Shown here: positions 12,306 to 26,526 of the stretch, piece after piece
How positions within the stretch are numbered: position 1 is the stretch's first letter
Layout: each line of letters begins with the position of its first letter
Assembly: GCA_009914755.4 (NCBI GenBank)
Contig: CP086569.2
Location: 29,504,001-29,568,000, forward strand
From: the human T2T-CHM13v2.0 reference genome, Homo sapiens
Direction: 5' to 3'
Length of the DNA stretch: 64,000 bases
Position numbers and translations under genes: made by a program
Notes under the pieces: model-generated
The model's input: only the letters and a program-made list of their open reading frames with translations
What the model was told of the DNA's origin: nothing
The model's database searches: none

Positions 12306-15300
12306 ATGGAATCGAATGGAAAGGACTCGAATGGAAATCACTCGAATAGAATGCAATTTAATAAAATAGGATCAAATGTAATGGAATGGAAAGGAAAGGA
12401 ATCGAAACGAAAGGAATGGAGACAGATGGAATGGAATGGAACAGAGAGCAATGGTATAGAATGGAATGGAATCATCTGGAATGGAATTGAATGGAATGGA
12501 ATAATATGAAATGGAATGGAATGGAATGGAATGCAATTGAATTAAATGGACTGGAATGGAATGGACTCGAACAGAGTGGAATGGAAAGTGTTGAGATAGA
12601 ATGGAATGGACTCCTTTGGAATGGTCTAGTATGCAATGCAATCGACTGGCAGGGAATCAAAAGGAATGTAATGGAATGGATTGGACTGGAATGCAATGGA
12701 CTCGAATAGATTGGAAACGGAATGCAAAGGAATGGAATTGAATAGTATGGAATGGAATGGAAAGGAATGGAGTGGAATAGACTAGAGTGGAATGGAATGG
12801 ACTCGAAAGCAATGGACTGGAATGGAACTTTCTTGAATGGACTGGAATCAAACGGAATGGAATGCAATGCAATCAAATGGCATGGAATAAAATAGAATGA
12901 AAGAGAATCAAATGGAATTGTATCGAATGGAATCGAATGGATTGGAAAGGAATAGAATGGAATGGAATGGAATTGACTCAAATGGAATGGACTAGAATGG
13001 AATGGATTCGAATGGAAGGCAAAGGAATGGAATCTATTGGAATGGACTGTAATGGAATGGAATGGAAGGGATTGGAATGGACTCGAATGGAATGGACTGC
13101 AATAGAAAGGATTCGAATGGAATGAAATAGAATTGAATGGAATAGAACAGAATGGAATCAAATCGAATGAAATGGAATGGAATAGAAAGGAATGGAATGA
13201 AATGGAATGGAAAGGATTCGAATGGAATGCAATCGAATGGAATGCAATCGAATGGAATGGAATCGAACGGAATGGAATAAAATGGAAGAAAACTGGCAAG
13301 AAATGGAATCGAAATGAATGGAGTGTTATGGAACGGACTCAAAAGGAATTGAATGTAATAGAATGGAGTGGAGTGGACTCGAATATAATGGACTGGAATG
13401 GAATGAAATCACATGGAATGGGAACGAATGGAATGGAATGGAAAGGAATGGAATCGAATGGAAAGGAATCGAATGGAAGGGAATGAAATTGAATCAACAG
13501 GAATGGAAGGGAATAGAATAGACGGTAATGGAATGGACTCGAATAGAATGGACACGTATGCTCAAATTGAATGGACTCGAATGGAATGGAAACGAAAGGA
13601 ATGTCATCGAATGGAATTGAATCGATTGGAATGAAATCGCATAGAATGGAGTGGAATCAAATGGAATTGAATCGAAAGGAAAGGAAGCGAATGGACTGAA
13701 ATGAAATGGAATGGAATTGAATGGAAAGTAATGCAATGGAATAGAATGGAACGAAATTTCACGGAATGGAATCAAACTGAATGGAATCAAATCAAAGGAA
13801 TATAATCAAATGGAATGGAAAGGAATTGAATGGAGTAGATTGGATTGGATGGGGTTGGAATGAAATGTACTGGAAAGGACTCGAATTTCATGAAACGGAA
13901 TGGAATGAATTGGAACGGAATGGACTCGAATGGAATGGAATGTCATGGAATGGCATCAAATGGAATGGCATCAAATGGAATGGAATCGAATGCAATGGAG
14001 TGCTATGGAATGGAATGGAATGGAATGCATTGGAATGGAATGTCCTCTAATGGAATGGATTCGAGTGGAATGGAATCGAATATAATGGAGTCGAATGAAA
14101 TGGAATTGAAAGGAATGGGATCGAATACAATGGAATATACTGGAATGTAATGTAATGAACTCGAATGTAATTGACTGGAATGGAATGTACATGAATGGAA
14201 TGTAATCGAATGGAAAGTAATCCAATGGAATAGAATCTAACGCAATAAAATCGACTCAGATAGAGTAGAATGTAATGGAATGGAGTGCAGTGCAATGGAA
14301 TGGAATGGAATGGAATGCAATGGAATGGAATGGAATGGAATGGAATGGGATGGAATGGTATGGAATGGATAGTAATGGACTGGAGTGAAATGGACTGGAA
14401 AGGAATGGAATCAAATTGAAAGGGCTCGAAAGGAATGGAGTCAAATGGAATGGTCTGGAATGGAATGAACACGAATGTAATGCAATCCAATAGAATGGAA
14501 TCGAATGGCATGGAATATAAAGAAATGGAATCGAAGAGAATGGAAACAAATGGAATGGAATTGAATGGAATGGAATTGAATGGAATGGGAACGAATGGAG
14601 TGAAATTGTATGCAGTAGAAGGGAATAGAATGGAATGCAAGCGAAAGGAAAGGAATGGATTGGAATGGAATGGAATTCATTGGAATGGAAGGGAATGTAG
14701 TGTAATGGACAGGCCTGGAATAAACTGGAATGCTACGGTCTCGAATGGAATAAAAATGTATGGAATGGAATGCAATGAAACGGAATCGAATGTCATAGAA
14801 TGTAATGGAATGCAAAAAATGGAATCCAAAATCATTGACTGGAAAGGCTGGGTGTCGAAAGGAATTGACTCCAATGGAATGGAATCGAATGGAATGGAAG
14901 TGAATAGAATCGAACTAAATCGAATGGAATGGAATTGATAGGAACGGAATGGAAAGGAATGCAATGATTTGGCATGGAATGGAATCGAATGGCATCGAAT
15001 GGAATGGAATGGAATGCAATGGAATGGAATGTATTAGAATGTAATGAACATTAATGGAATGTACTCGAATGGATTCGACTGGAATGGAATGTTCTGGAAG
15101 TGAATGGACTCCAATGGAATGGATTCGAAAGGAATGGAATCGAACGGAATGGAATCTAATGGAATGGAATTAAATGGAAATGAATCAAATTGAATAGCAC
15201 GGAATTGAATTGAATGGAATGGAATTCAATGGAATCTAATGAAACGGAAAGGAAAGGAATGGAATGGAATGGAATGGGCTGGAATGGAAAGGAATCGAAA

Positions 15301-15868
15301 CGAATGGAATGGAATCGAACTGAAGAGACTGGAATGGAATGCACTGGAATGGAAGGGAGTGTAATGGAAGGTTCTCGAAAAAAATGGAATCAAATGGAAT
15401 GGAATTGAATGGAACGGAATAGAGTCGAATGGAATTGAATGGAATGGAATGGACTAGAGTGAAATGGAATCGAACCACAAGGAATGGACAGGAATAGAAT
15501 GGTCTCGAATTGAATGGAATCGTATGGAATGGCATCAAACGGAATGGAATGGAAAGCCACGGAATGGAATGCACTCGAATGCAATGGAGTCGAAAGTAGT
15601 GGACTGGAATAGAATGGACTTGACTGGTACGGACTCCAATGGAATGGAATCGAATATAAGGGAATCGAACGGAATGGACTCGAAGGGAAAAGACTGCAAT
15701 GGAAAGGTCTCGAATGGAATGGAAATTAATGGAATGGAATGGAATCGAATGAAATGGAGTCAAAAGGAATGGAATGGAATGGTAAGAAATCGAATGTAAT
15801 GGAATCGCAAGGAATTGATGTGAACGGAACGGAATGGAATGGAATCCAAAGGAATGGAATAGAATGGA
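12306..15868. repeat. HOR unit U5, long form (3563 bp)
   Basis: Landmark spacing. Carries the 15-bp tandem duplication aatgcaatcgaatgg at 13226-13255 and an extra EcoRI-forming variant ggaattcaatgg near 15222. Confidence 0.8.
13226..13255 (+). repeat. 15-bp tandem duplication (aatgcaatcgaatgg x2) found in only some HOR units
   Basis: Present in U5, U7 (~20335), U8 (~23895) and U9 (~27455). It reads as NAIEWNAIEW on + and HSIAFHSIAFHS on -. Absent from U1-U4, U6 and U10-U19. Confidence 0.7.
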
Positions 15869-18800
15869 ATGGAATCGAATGGAAAGGACTCGAATGGAAA
15901 TCACTCGAATAGAATGCAATTTAATAAAATAGGATCAAATGTAATGGAATGGAATGGAAAGGAATCGAAACGAAAGGAATGGAGACAGATGGAATGGAAT
16001 GGAACAGAGAGCAATGGTATAGAATGGAATGGAATCATCTGGAATGGAATTGAATGGAATGGAATAATATGAAATGGAATGGAATGGAATGGAATGCCCT
16101 TGAATTAAATGGACTGGAATGGAATGGACTCGAACAGAGTGGAATGGAAAGTGTTGAAATAGAATGGAATGGACTCCTTTGGAATGGTCTAGTATGCAAT
16201 GCAATCGACTGGCAGGGAATCAAAAGGAATGTAATGGAATGGATTGGACTAGAATGCAATGGACTCGCATAGATTGGAAACGGAATGCAAAGGAATGGTA
16301 TGGAATAGTATGGAATGGAATGGAAAGGAATGGAGTGGAATAGACTAGAGTGGAATGGAATGGACTCAAAAGCAATGGACTGGGATGGAACTTTCTTGAA
16401 TGGACTGGAATCAAACGGAATGGAATGCAATGCAATCAAATGGCATGGAATAAAATAGAATGAAAGAGAATCAAATGGAGTTGAATCGAATGGAATCGAA
16501 TGGATTGGAAAGGAATAGAATGGAATGGAATGGAATTGACTCAAATGGAATGGACTAGAATGGAATGGATTCGAATGGAAGGCAAAGGAATGGAATCTAT
16601 TGGAATGGACTGTAATGGAATGGAATGGAAGGGATTGGAATGGACTCGAATGGAATGGACTGCAATAGAAAGGATTCGAATGGAATGAAAAAGAATTGAA
16701 TGGAATAGAACAGAATGGAATCAAATCGAATGAAATGGAATGGAATAGAAAGGAATGGAATGAAATGGAATGGAAAGGATTCGAATGGAATGCAATCGAA
16801 TGGAATGGAATCGAACGGAATGGAATAAAATGGAAGAAAACTGGCAAGAAATGGAATCGAAATGAATGGAGTGTTATGGAACGGACTCAAAAGGAATTGA
16901 ATGTAATAGAAAGGAGTGGAGCGGACTCGAATATAATGGACTGGAATGGAATGAAATCACATGGAATGGGAACGAATGGAATGGAATGGAAAGGAATGGA
17001 ATCGAATGGAAAGGAATCGAATGGAAGGGAATGAAATTGAATCAACAGGAATGGAAGGGAATAGAATAGACGGTAATGGAATGGACTCGAATAGAATGGA
17101 CACGAATGCTCAAATTGAATGGACTCGAATGGAATGGAAACCAAAGGAATGTCATCGAATGGAATTGAATCGATTGGAATGAAATCGCATAGAATGGAGT
17201 GGAATCAAATGGAATTGAATCGAAAGGAAAGGAAGCGAATGGACTGAAATGAAATGGAATGGAATTGAATGGAAAGTAATGCAATGGAATAGAATGGAAC
17301 GAAATTTCACGGAATGGAATCAAACTGAATGGAATCAAATTAATGGAATATAATCAAATGGAATGGAAAGGAATTGAATGGAGTAGATTGGATTGGATGG
17401 GATTGGAATGAAATGTACTGGAAAGGACTCGAATTTCATGAAACGGAATGGAACGAATTGGAACGGAATGGACTCGAATGGAATGGAAGGTCATGGAATG
17501 GCATCAAATGGAATGGCATCAAATGGAATGGAATCGAATGCAATGGAATGCTATGGAATGGAATGGAATGCATTGGAATGGAATGTCCTCTAATGTAATG
17601 GATTCGAGTGGAATGGAATCGAATATAATGGAGTCGAATGAAATGGAATTGAAAGGAATGGGATCGAATACAATGGAATATAATGGAATGTAACGTAATG
17701 AACTCGAATGTAATTGACTGGAATGGAATGTACATGAATGGAATGTAATCGAATGGAAAGTAATCCAATGGAATAGAATCTAATGCAATAAAATCGACTC
17801 AAATAGAATAGAATGTAATGGAATGGAGTGCAGTGCAATGGAATGGAATGGAATGGAATGCAATGGAATGGAATGGAATTGAACGGAATGGAATGGGATG
17901 GAATGGTATGGAATGGATAGTAATGGATTGGAGTGAAATGGACTGGAAAGGAATGGACTCAAATTGAAAGGGCTCGAAAGGAATGGAGTCAAATGGAATG
18001 GTTTGGAATGGAGTGCACAAGAATGTAATGCAATCCAATAGAATGGAATCGAATGGCATGGAATATAAAGAACTGGAATCGAAGAGAATGGAAACAAATG
18101 GAATGGAATTGAATGGAATGGAATTGAATGGAATGGGAACGAATGGAGTGAAATTGTATGGAGTAGAAGTGAATAGAATGGAATGCAAGCGAAAGGAAAG
18201 GAATGGATTGGAATGGAATGGAATTCATTGGAATGGAAGGGAATGTAGTGTAATGGACAGGCCTGGAATAAACTGGAATGCTACGGTCTCGAATGGAATA
18301 AAAATGTATGGAATGGAATGCAATGAAACGGAATCGAATGTCATAGAATGTAATGGAATGCAAAAAAATGGACTCCCAAATCATTGACTGGAAAGGCTGG
18401 GAGTCGAAAGGAATTGACTCCAATGGAATGGAATCGAATGGAATGGAAGTGAATAGAATCGAACTAAATCGAATGGAATGGAATTGATAGGAACGGAATG
18501 GAAAGGAATGCTATGATTTGGCATGGAATGGAATCGAATGGCATCAAATGGAATGGAATGGAATGCAATGGAATGGAATGTATTAGAATATAATGAACAT
18601 TAATGGAATGTACTCGAATGGATTCGACTGGAATGGAATGTTCTGGAAGTGAATGGACTCCAATGGAATGGATTCGAAAGGAATGGAATCGAACGGAATG
18701 GAATCTAATGGAATGGAATTAAATGGAAATGAATCAAATTGAATAGCACGGAATTGAATTGAATGGAATCGAATGCAATGGAATCTAATGAAACGGAAAG

Positions 18801-19417
18801 GAAAGGAATGGAATGGAATGGAATGGGCTGGAATGGAAAGGAATCGAAACGAATGGAATGGAATCGAACTGAAGAGACTGGAATGGAATGCACTGGAATG
18901 GAAGGGAGTGTAATGGAAGGTTCTCGAAAAAAATGGAATCGAATGGAATGGAATTGAATGGAACGGAATAGAGTCGAATGGAATTGAATGGAATGGAATG
19001 GACTAGAGTGAAATGGAATCGAACCACAAGGAATGGACAGGAATAGAATGGTCTCGAATTGAATGGAATCGTATGGAATGGCATCAAACGGAATGGAATG
19101 GACAGCCACGGAATGGAATGCACTCGAATGCAATGGAGTCGAAACTAGTGGACTGGAATAGAAAGGACTCGACTGTTACGGACTCCAATGGAATGGAATC
19201 GAATGGAATGGAATCGAACGGAATGGACTCGAAGGGAAAAGACTGCAATGGAAAGGTCTCGAATGGAATGGAAATTAATGGAATGGAATGGAATCGAATG
19301 AAATGGAGTCAAAAGGAATTTAATGGAATGGCAAAAAATCGAATGTAATGGAATCGCAAGGAATTGATGTGAACGGAACGGAATGGAATGGAATCCAAAG
19401 GAATGGAATAGAATGGA
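15869..19417. repeat. HOR unit U6, long form (3549 bp)
   Basis: Landmark spacing. Confidence 0.8.
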
Positions 19418-22400
19418 ATGGAATCGAATAGAAAGGACTCGAATGGAAATCACTCGAATAGAATGCAATTTAATAAAATAGGATCAAATGTAATGGAATG
19501 GAATGGAAAGGAATCGAAACGAAAGGAATGGAGACAGATGGAATGGAATGGAACAGAGAGCAATGGTATAGAATGGAATGGAATCATCTGGAATGGAATT
19601 GAATGGAATGGAATAATATGAAATGGAATTGAATGGAATGGAATGCCCTTGAATTAAATGGACTGGAATGGAATGGACTCGAACAGAGTGGAATGGAAAG
19701 TATTGAGATAGAATGGAATGGACTCTTTGGAATGGTGTAGTACGCAATGCAATCGACTGGCAGGGAATCAAAAGGAATGTAATCGAATGGATTGGACTGG
19801 AATGCAATGGAATCGAATAGATTGGAAACGGAATGCAAAGGAATGGAATGGAATAGTATGGAATGGAATGGAAAGGAATGGAGTGGAATAGACTAGAGTG
19901 GAATGGAATGGATCGAAAGCAATGGACTGGAATGGAACTTTCTTGAATGGACTGGAATCAAACGGAATGGAATGCAATGCAATCAAATGGCATGGAATAA
20001 AATAGAATGAAAGAGAATCAAATGGAATTGAATCGAATGGAATCGAATGGATTGGAAAGGAATAGAATGGAATGGAATGGAATTGACTCAAATGGAATGG
20101 ACTAGAATGGAATGGATTCGAATGGAAGGCAAAGGAATGGAATCTATTGGAATGGACTGTAATGGAATGGAATGGAAGGGATTGGAATGGACTCGAATGG
20201 AATGGACTGCAATAGAAAGGATTCGAATGGAATGAAAAAGAATTGAATGGAATAGAACAGAATGGAATCAAATCGAATGAAATGGAATGGAATAGAAAGG
20301 AATGGAATGAAATGGAATGGAAAGGATTCGAATGGAATGCAATCGAATGGAATGCAATCGAATGGAATGGAATCGAACGGAATGGAATAAAATGGAAGAA
20401 AACTGGCAAGAAATGGAATCGAAATGAATGGAGTGTTATGGAACGGACTCAAAAGGAATTGAATGTAATAGAATGGAGTGGAGTGGACTCGAATATAATG
20501 GACTGGAATGGAATGAAATCACATGGAATGGGAACGAATGGAATGGAATGGAAAGGAATGGAATCGAATGGAAAGGAATCGAATGGAAGGGAATGAAATT
20601 GAATCAACAGGAATGGAAGGGAATAGAATAGACGGTAATGGAATGGACTCGAATAGAATGGACACGAATGCTGAAATTGAATGGACTCGAATGGAATGGA
20701 AACGAAAGGAATGTCATCGAATGGAATTGAATCGATTGCAATGAAATCGCATAGAATGGAGTGGAATCAAATGGAATTGAATCGAAAGGAAAGGAAGCGA
20801 ATGGACTGAAATGAAATGGAATGGAATTGAATGGAAAGTAATGCAATGGAATAGAATGGAACGAAATTTCACGGAATGGAATCAAACTGAATGGAATCAA
20901 ATCAATGGAATCTAATCAAATGGAATGGAAAGGAATTGAATGGAGTAGATTGGATTGGATGGGATTGGAATGAAATGTACTGGAAAGGACTCGAATTTCA
21001 TGAAACGGAATGGAATGAATTGGAACGGAATGGACTCGAATGGAATGGAATGTCATGGAATGGCATCAACTGGAATGGCATCAAATGGAATGGAATCGAA
21101 TGCAATGGAATGCTATGGAATGGAATGGAATGCATTGGAATGGAATGTCCTCTAATGGAATGGATTCGAGTGGAATGGAATCGAATATAATGGAGTCGAA
21201 TGAAATGGAATTGAAAGGAATGGGATCGAATAGAATGGAATATACTGGAATGTAATGTAATGAACTCGAATGTAATTGACTGGAATGGAATGTACATGAA
21301 TGGAATGTAATCGAATGGAAAGTAATCCAATGGAATAGAATCTAATGCAATAAAATCGACTCAGATAGAGTAGAATGTAATGGAATGGAGTGCAGTGCAA
21401 TGGAATGGAATGGAATGCAATGGAATGGAATGGAATGGAATGGAATGGGATGGAATGGTATGGAATGGATAGTAATGGACTGGAGTGAAATGGACTGGAA
21501 AGGAATGGACTCAAATTGAAAGGGCTCGAAAGGAATGGAGTCAAATGGAATGGTCTGGAATGGAATGAACACGAATGTAAAGCAATCCAATAGAATGGAG
21601 TCGAATGGCATGGAATATAAAGAAATGGAATCGAAGAGAATGGAAACAAATGGAATGGAATTGAATGGAATGGAATTGAATGGAATGGGAACGAATTGAG
21701 TGAAATTGTATGCAGTAGAAGAGAATAGAATGGAATGCAAGCGAAAAGAAAGGAATGGATTGGAATGGAATGAAATTCATCGGAATGGAAGGGAATGTAG
21801 TGTAATGGACAGGCCTGGAATAAAGTGGAATGCTACGGTCTCGAATGGAATAAAAATGTATGGAATGGAATGCAATGAAATGGAATCGAATGTCATAGAA
21901 TGTAATGGAATGCAAAAAAATGGAATCCAAAATCATTGACTGGAAAGGCTGGGTGTCGAAAGGAATTGACTCCAATGGAATGGAATCGAATGGAATGGAA
22001 GTGAATAGAATCGAACTAAATCGAATGGAATGGAATTGATAGGAATGGAATGGAAAGGAATGCAATGATTTGGCATGGAATGGAATCGAATGGCATCGAA
22101 TGGAATGGAATGGAATGCAATGGAATAGAATGTATTAGAATGTAATGAACATTAATGGAATGTACTCGAATGGATTCGACTGGAATGGAATGTTCTGGAA
22201 GTGAATGGACTCCAATGGAATGGATTCGAAAGGAATGGAATCGTACGGAATGGAATCTAATGGAATGGAATTAAATGGAAATGAATCAAATTGAATAGCA
22301 CGGAATTGAATTGAATGGAATCGAATGCAATGGAATCTAATGAAACGGAAAGGAAAGGAATGGAATGGAATGGAATGGGCTGAAATGGAAAGGAATCCAA

Positions 22401-22969
22401 ACGAATGGAATGGAATCGAACTGAAGAGACTGGAATAGAATGCACTGGAATGGAAGGGAGTGTAATGGAAGGTTCTCGAAAAAAATGGAATCGAATGGAA
22501 TGGAATTGAATGGAACGGAATAGAGTCGAATGGAATTGAATGGAATGGAATGGACTAGAGTGAAATGGAATCGAACCACAAGGAATGGACAGGAATAGAA
22601 TGGTCTCGAATTGAATGGAATCGTATGGAATGGCATCAAACGGAATGGAATGGACAGCCACGGAATGGAATGCACTCGAATGCAATGGAGTCGAAACTAA
22701 TGGACTGGAATAGAATGGACTCGACTGGTACGGACTCCAATGGAATGGAATCGAATGGAAGGGAATCGAACGGAATGGACTCGAAGGGAAAAGACTGCAA
22801 TGGAAAGGTCTCGAATGGAATGGAAATTAATGGAATGGAATGGAATCGAATGAAATGGAGTCAAAAGGAATGGAATGGAATGGCAAGAAATCGAATGTAA
22901 TGGAATCGCAAGGAATTGATGTGAATGGAACGGAATGGAATGGAATCCAAAGGAATGGAATAGAATGGA
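19418..22969. repeat. HOR unit U7, long form (3552 bp)
   Basis: Landmark spacing. Several 1-bp indels relative to its neighbours in 19600-19900, e.g. ggactctttgg versus ggactcctttgg. Confidence 0.8.
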
Positions 22970-25900
22970 ATGGAATCGAATGGAAAGGACTCGAATGGAA
23001 ATCACTCGAATAGAATGCAATTTAATAAAATAGGATCAAATGTAATGGAATGGAAAGGAAAGGAATCGAAACGAAAGGAATGGAGACAGATGGAATGGAA
23101 TGGAACAGAGAGCAATGGTATAGAATGGAATGGAATCATCTGGAATGGAATTGAATGGAATGGAATAATATGAAATGGAATGGAATGGAATGGAATGCAA
23201 TTGAATTAAATGGACTGGAATGGAATGGACTCGAACAGAGTGGAATGGAAAGTGTTGAGATAGAATGGAATGGACTCCTTTGGAATGGTCTAGTATGCAA
23301 TGCAATCGACTGGCAGGGAATCAAAAGGAATGTAATGGAATGGATTGGACTGGAATGCAATGGACTCGAATAGATTGGAAACGGAATGCAAAGGAATGGA
23401 ATTGAATAGTATGGAATGGAATGGAAAGGAATGGAGTGGAATAGACTAGAGTGGAATGGAATGGACTCGAAAGCAATGGACTGGAATGGAACTTTCTTGA
23501 ATGGACTGGAATCAAACGGAATGGAATGCAATGCAATCAAATGGCATGGAATAAAATAGAATGAAAGAGAATCAAATGGAATTGTATCGAATGGAATCGA
23601 ATGGATTGGAAAGGAATAGAATGGAATGGAATGGAATTGACTCAAATGGAATGGACTAGAATGGAATGGATTCGAATGGAAGGCAAAGGAATGGAATCTA
23701 TTGGAATGGACTGTAATGGAATGGAATGGAAGGGATTGGAATGGACTCGAATGGAATGGACTGCAATAGAAAGGATTCGAATGGAATGAAAAAGAATTGA
23801 ATGGAATAGAACAGAATGGAATCAAATCGAATGAAATGGAATGGAATAGAAAGGAATGGAATGAAATGGAATGGAAAGGATTCTAATGGAATGCAATCGA
23901 ATGGAATGCAATCGAATGGAATGGAATCGAACAGAATGGAATAAAATGGAAGAAAACTGGCAAGAAATGGAATCGAAATGAATGGAGTGTTATGGAACGG
24001 ACTCAAAAGCAATTGAATGTAATAGAATGGAGTGGAGTGGACTCGAATATAATGGACTGGAATGGAATGAAATCACATGGAATGGGAACGAATGGAATGG
24101 AATGGAAAGGAATGGAATCGAATGGAAAGGAATCGAATGGAAGGGAATGAAATTGAATCAACAGGAATGGAAGGGAATAGAATAGACGGTAATGGAATGG
24201 ACTCGAATAGAATGGACACGAATGCTCAAATTGAATGGACTCCAATGGAATGGAAACGAAAGGAATGTCATCGAATGGAATTGAATCGATTGGAATGAAA
24301 TCGCATAGAATGGAGTGGAATCAAATGGAATTGAATCGAAAGGAAAGGAAGCGAATGGACTGAAATGAAATGGAATGGAATTGAATGGAAAGTAATGCAA
24401 TGGAATAGAATGGAACGAAATTTCACGGAATGGAATCAAACTGAATGGAATCAAATCAAAGGAATATAATCAAATGGAATGGAAAGGAATTGAATGGAGT
24501 AGATTGGATTGGATGGGATTGGAATGAAATGTACTGGAAAGGACTCGAATTTCATGAAACGGAATGGAATGAATTGGAACGGAATGGACTCGAATGGAAT
24601 GGAATGTCATGGGATGGCATCAAATGGAATGGCATCAAATGTAATGGAATCGAATGCATTGGAATGCTATGGAATGGAATGGAATGCATTGGAATGGAAT
24701 GTCCTCTAATGGAATGGATTCGAGTGGAATGGAATCGAATATAATGGAGTCGAATGAAATGGAATTGAAAGGAATGGGATCGAATACAATGGAATATACT
24801 GGAATGTAATGTAATGAACTCGAATGTAATTGACTGGAATGGAATGTACATGAATGGAATGTAATCGAATGGACAGTAATCCAATGGAATAGAATCTAAT
24901 GCAATAAAATCGACTCAGATAGAGTAGAATGTAATGGAATGGAGTGCAGTGCTATGGAATGGAATGGAATGCAATGCAATGGAATGGAATGGAATGGAAT
25001 GGAATGGGATGGAATGGTATGGAATGGATAGTAATGGACTGGAGTGAAATGGACTGGAAAGGAATGGACTCAAATTGAAAGGGCTCGAAAGGAATGGAGT
25101 CAAATGGAATGGTCTGGAATGGAATGAACACGAATGTAATGCAATCCAATAGAATGGAATCGAATGGCATGGAATATAAAGAAATGGAATCGAAGAGAAT
25201 GGAAACAAATGGAATGGAATTGAATGGAATGGAATTGAATGGAATGGGAACGAATGGAGTGAAATTGTATGCAGTAGAAGGGAATAGAATGGAATGCAAG
25301 CGAAAGGAAAGGAATGGATTGGAATGAAATGGAATTCATTGGAATGGAAGGGAATGTAGTGTAATGGACAGGCCTGGAATAAAGTGGAATGCTACGGTCT
25401 CGAATGGAATAAAAATGTATGCAATGGAATGCAATGAAACGGAATCGAATGTCATAGAATGTAATGGAATGCAAAAAATGGAATCCAAAATCATTGACTG
25501 GAAAGGCTGGGTGTCGAAAGGAATTGACTCCAATGGAATGGAATCGAATGGAATGGAAGTGAATAGAATCGAACTAAATCGAATGGAATGGAATTGATAG
25601 GAACGGAATGGAAAGGAATGCAATGATTGGCATGGAATGGAATCGAATGGCATCGAATGGAATGGAATGGAATGCAATGGAATGGAATGTATTAGAATGT
25701 AATGAACTTTAATGGAATGTACTCGAATGGATTCGACTGGAATGGAATGTTCTGGAAGTGAATGGACTCCAATGGAATGGATTCAAAAGGAATGGAATCG
25801 TACGGAATGGAATCTAATGGAATGGAATTAAATGGAAATGAATCAAATTGAATAGCACGGAATTGAATTGAATGAAATCGAATGCAATGGAATCTAATGA

Positions 25901-26526
25901 AACGGAAAGGAAAGGAATGGAATGGAATGGAATGGGCTGGACTGGAAAGGAATCGAAACGAATGGAATGGAATCGAACTGAAGAGACTGGAATGGAATGC
26001 ACTGGAATGGAAGGGAGTGTAATGGAAGGTTCTCGAAAAAAATGGAATCGAATGGAATGGAATTGAATGGAACGGAATAGAGTCGAATGGAATTGAATGG
26101 AATGGAATGGACTAGAGTGAAATGGAATCGAACCACAAGGAATGGACAGGAATAGAATGGTCTCGAATTGAATGGAATCGTATGGAATGGCATCAAACGG
26201 AATGGAATGGACAGCCACGGAATGGAATGCACTCGAATGCAATGGAGTCGAAACTAATGGACTGGAATAGAATGGACTCGACTGGTACGGACTCCAATGG
26301 AATGGAATCGAATGGAAGGGAATCGAATGGAATGGACTCGAAGGGAAAAGACTGCAATGGAAAGGTCTCGAATGGAATGGAAATTAATGGAATGGAATGG
26401 AATCGAATGAAATGGAGTCAAAAGGAATGGAATGGAATGGCAAGAAATCGAATGTAATGGAATCGCAAGGAATTGATGTGAATGGAACGGAATGGAATGG
26501 AATCCAAAGGAATGGAATAGAATGGA
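22970..26526. repeat. HOR unit U8, long form (3557 bp); close relative of U5 and U9
   Basis: Long identical ORF-track translations are shared with U5 at offset 10664 and with U9 at offset 3557. Confidence 0.8.
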
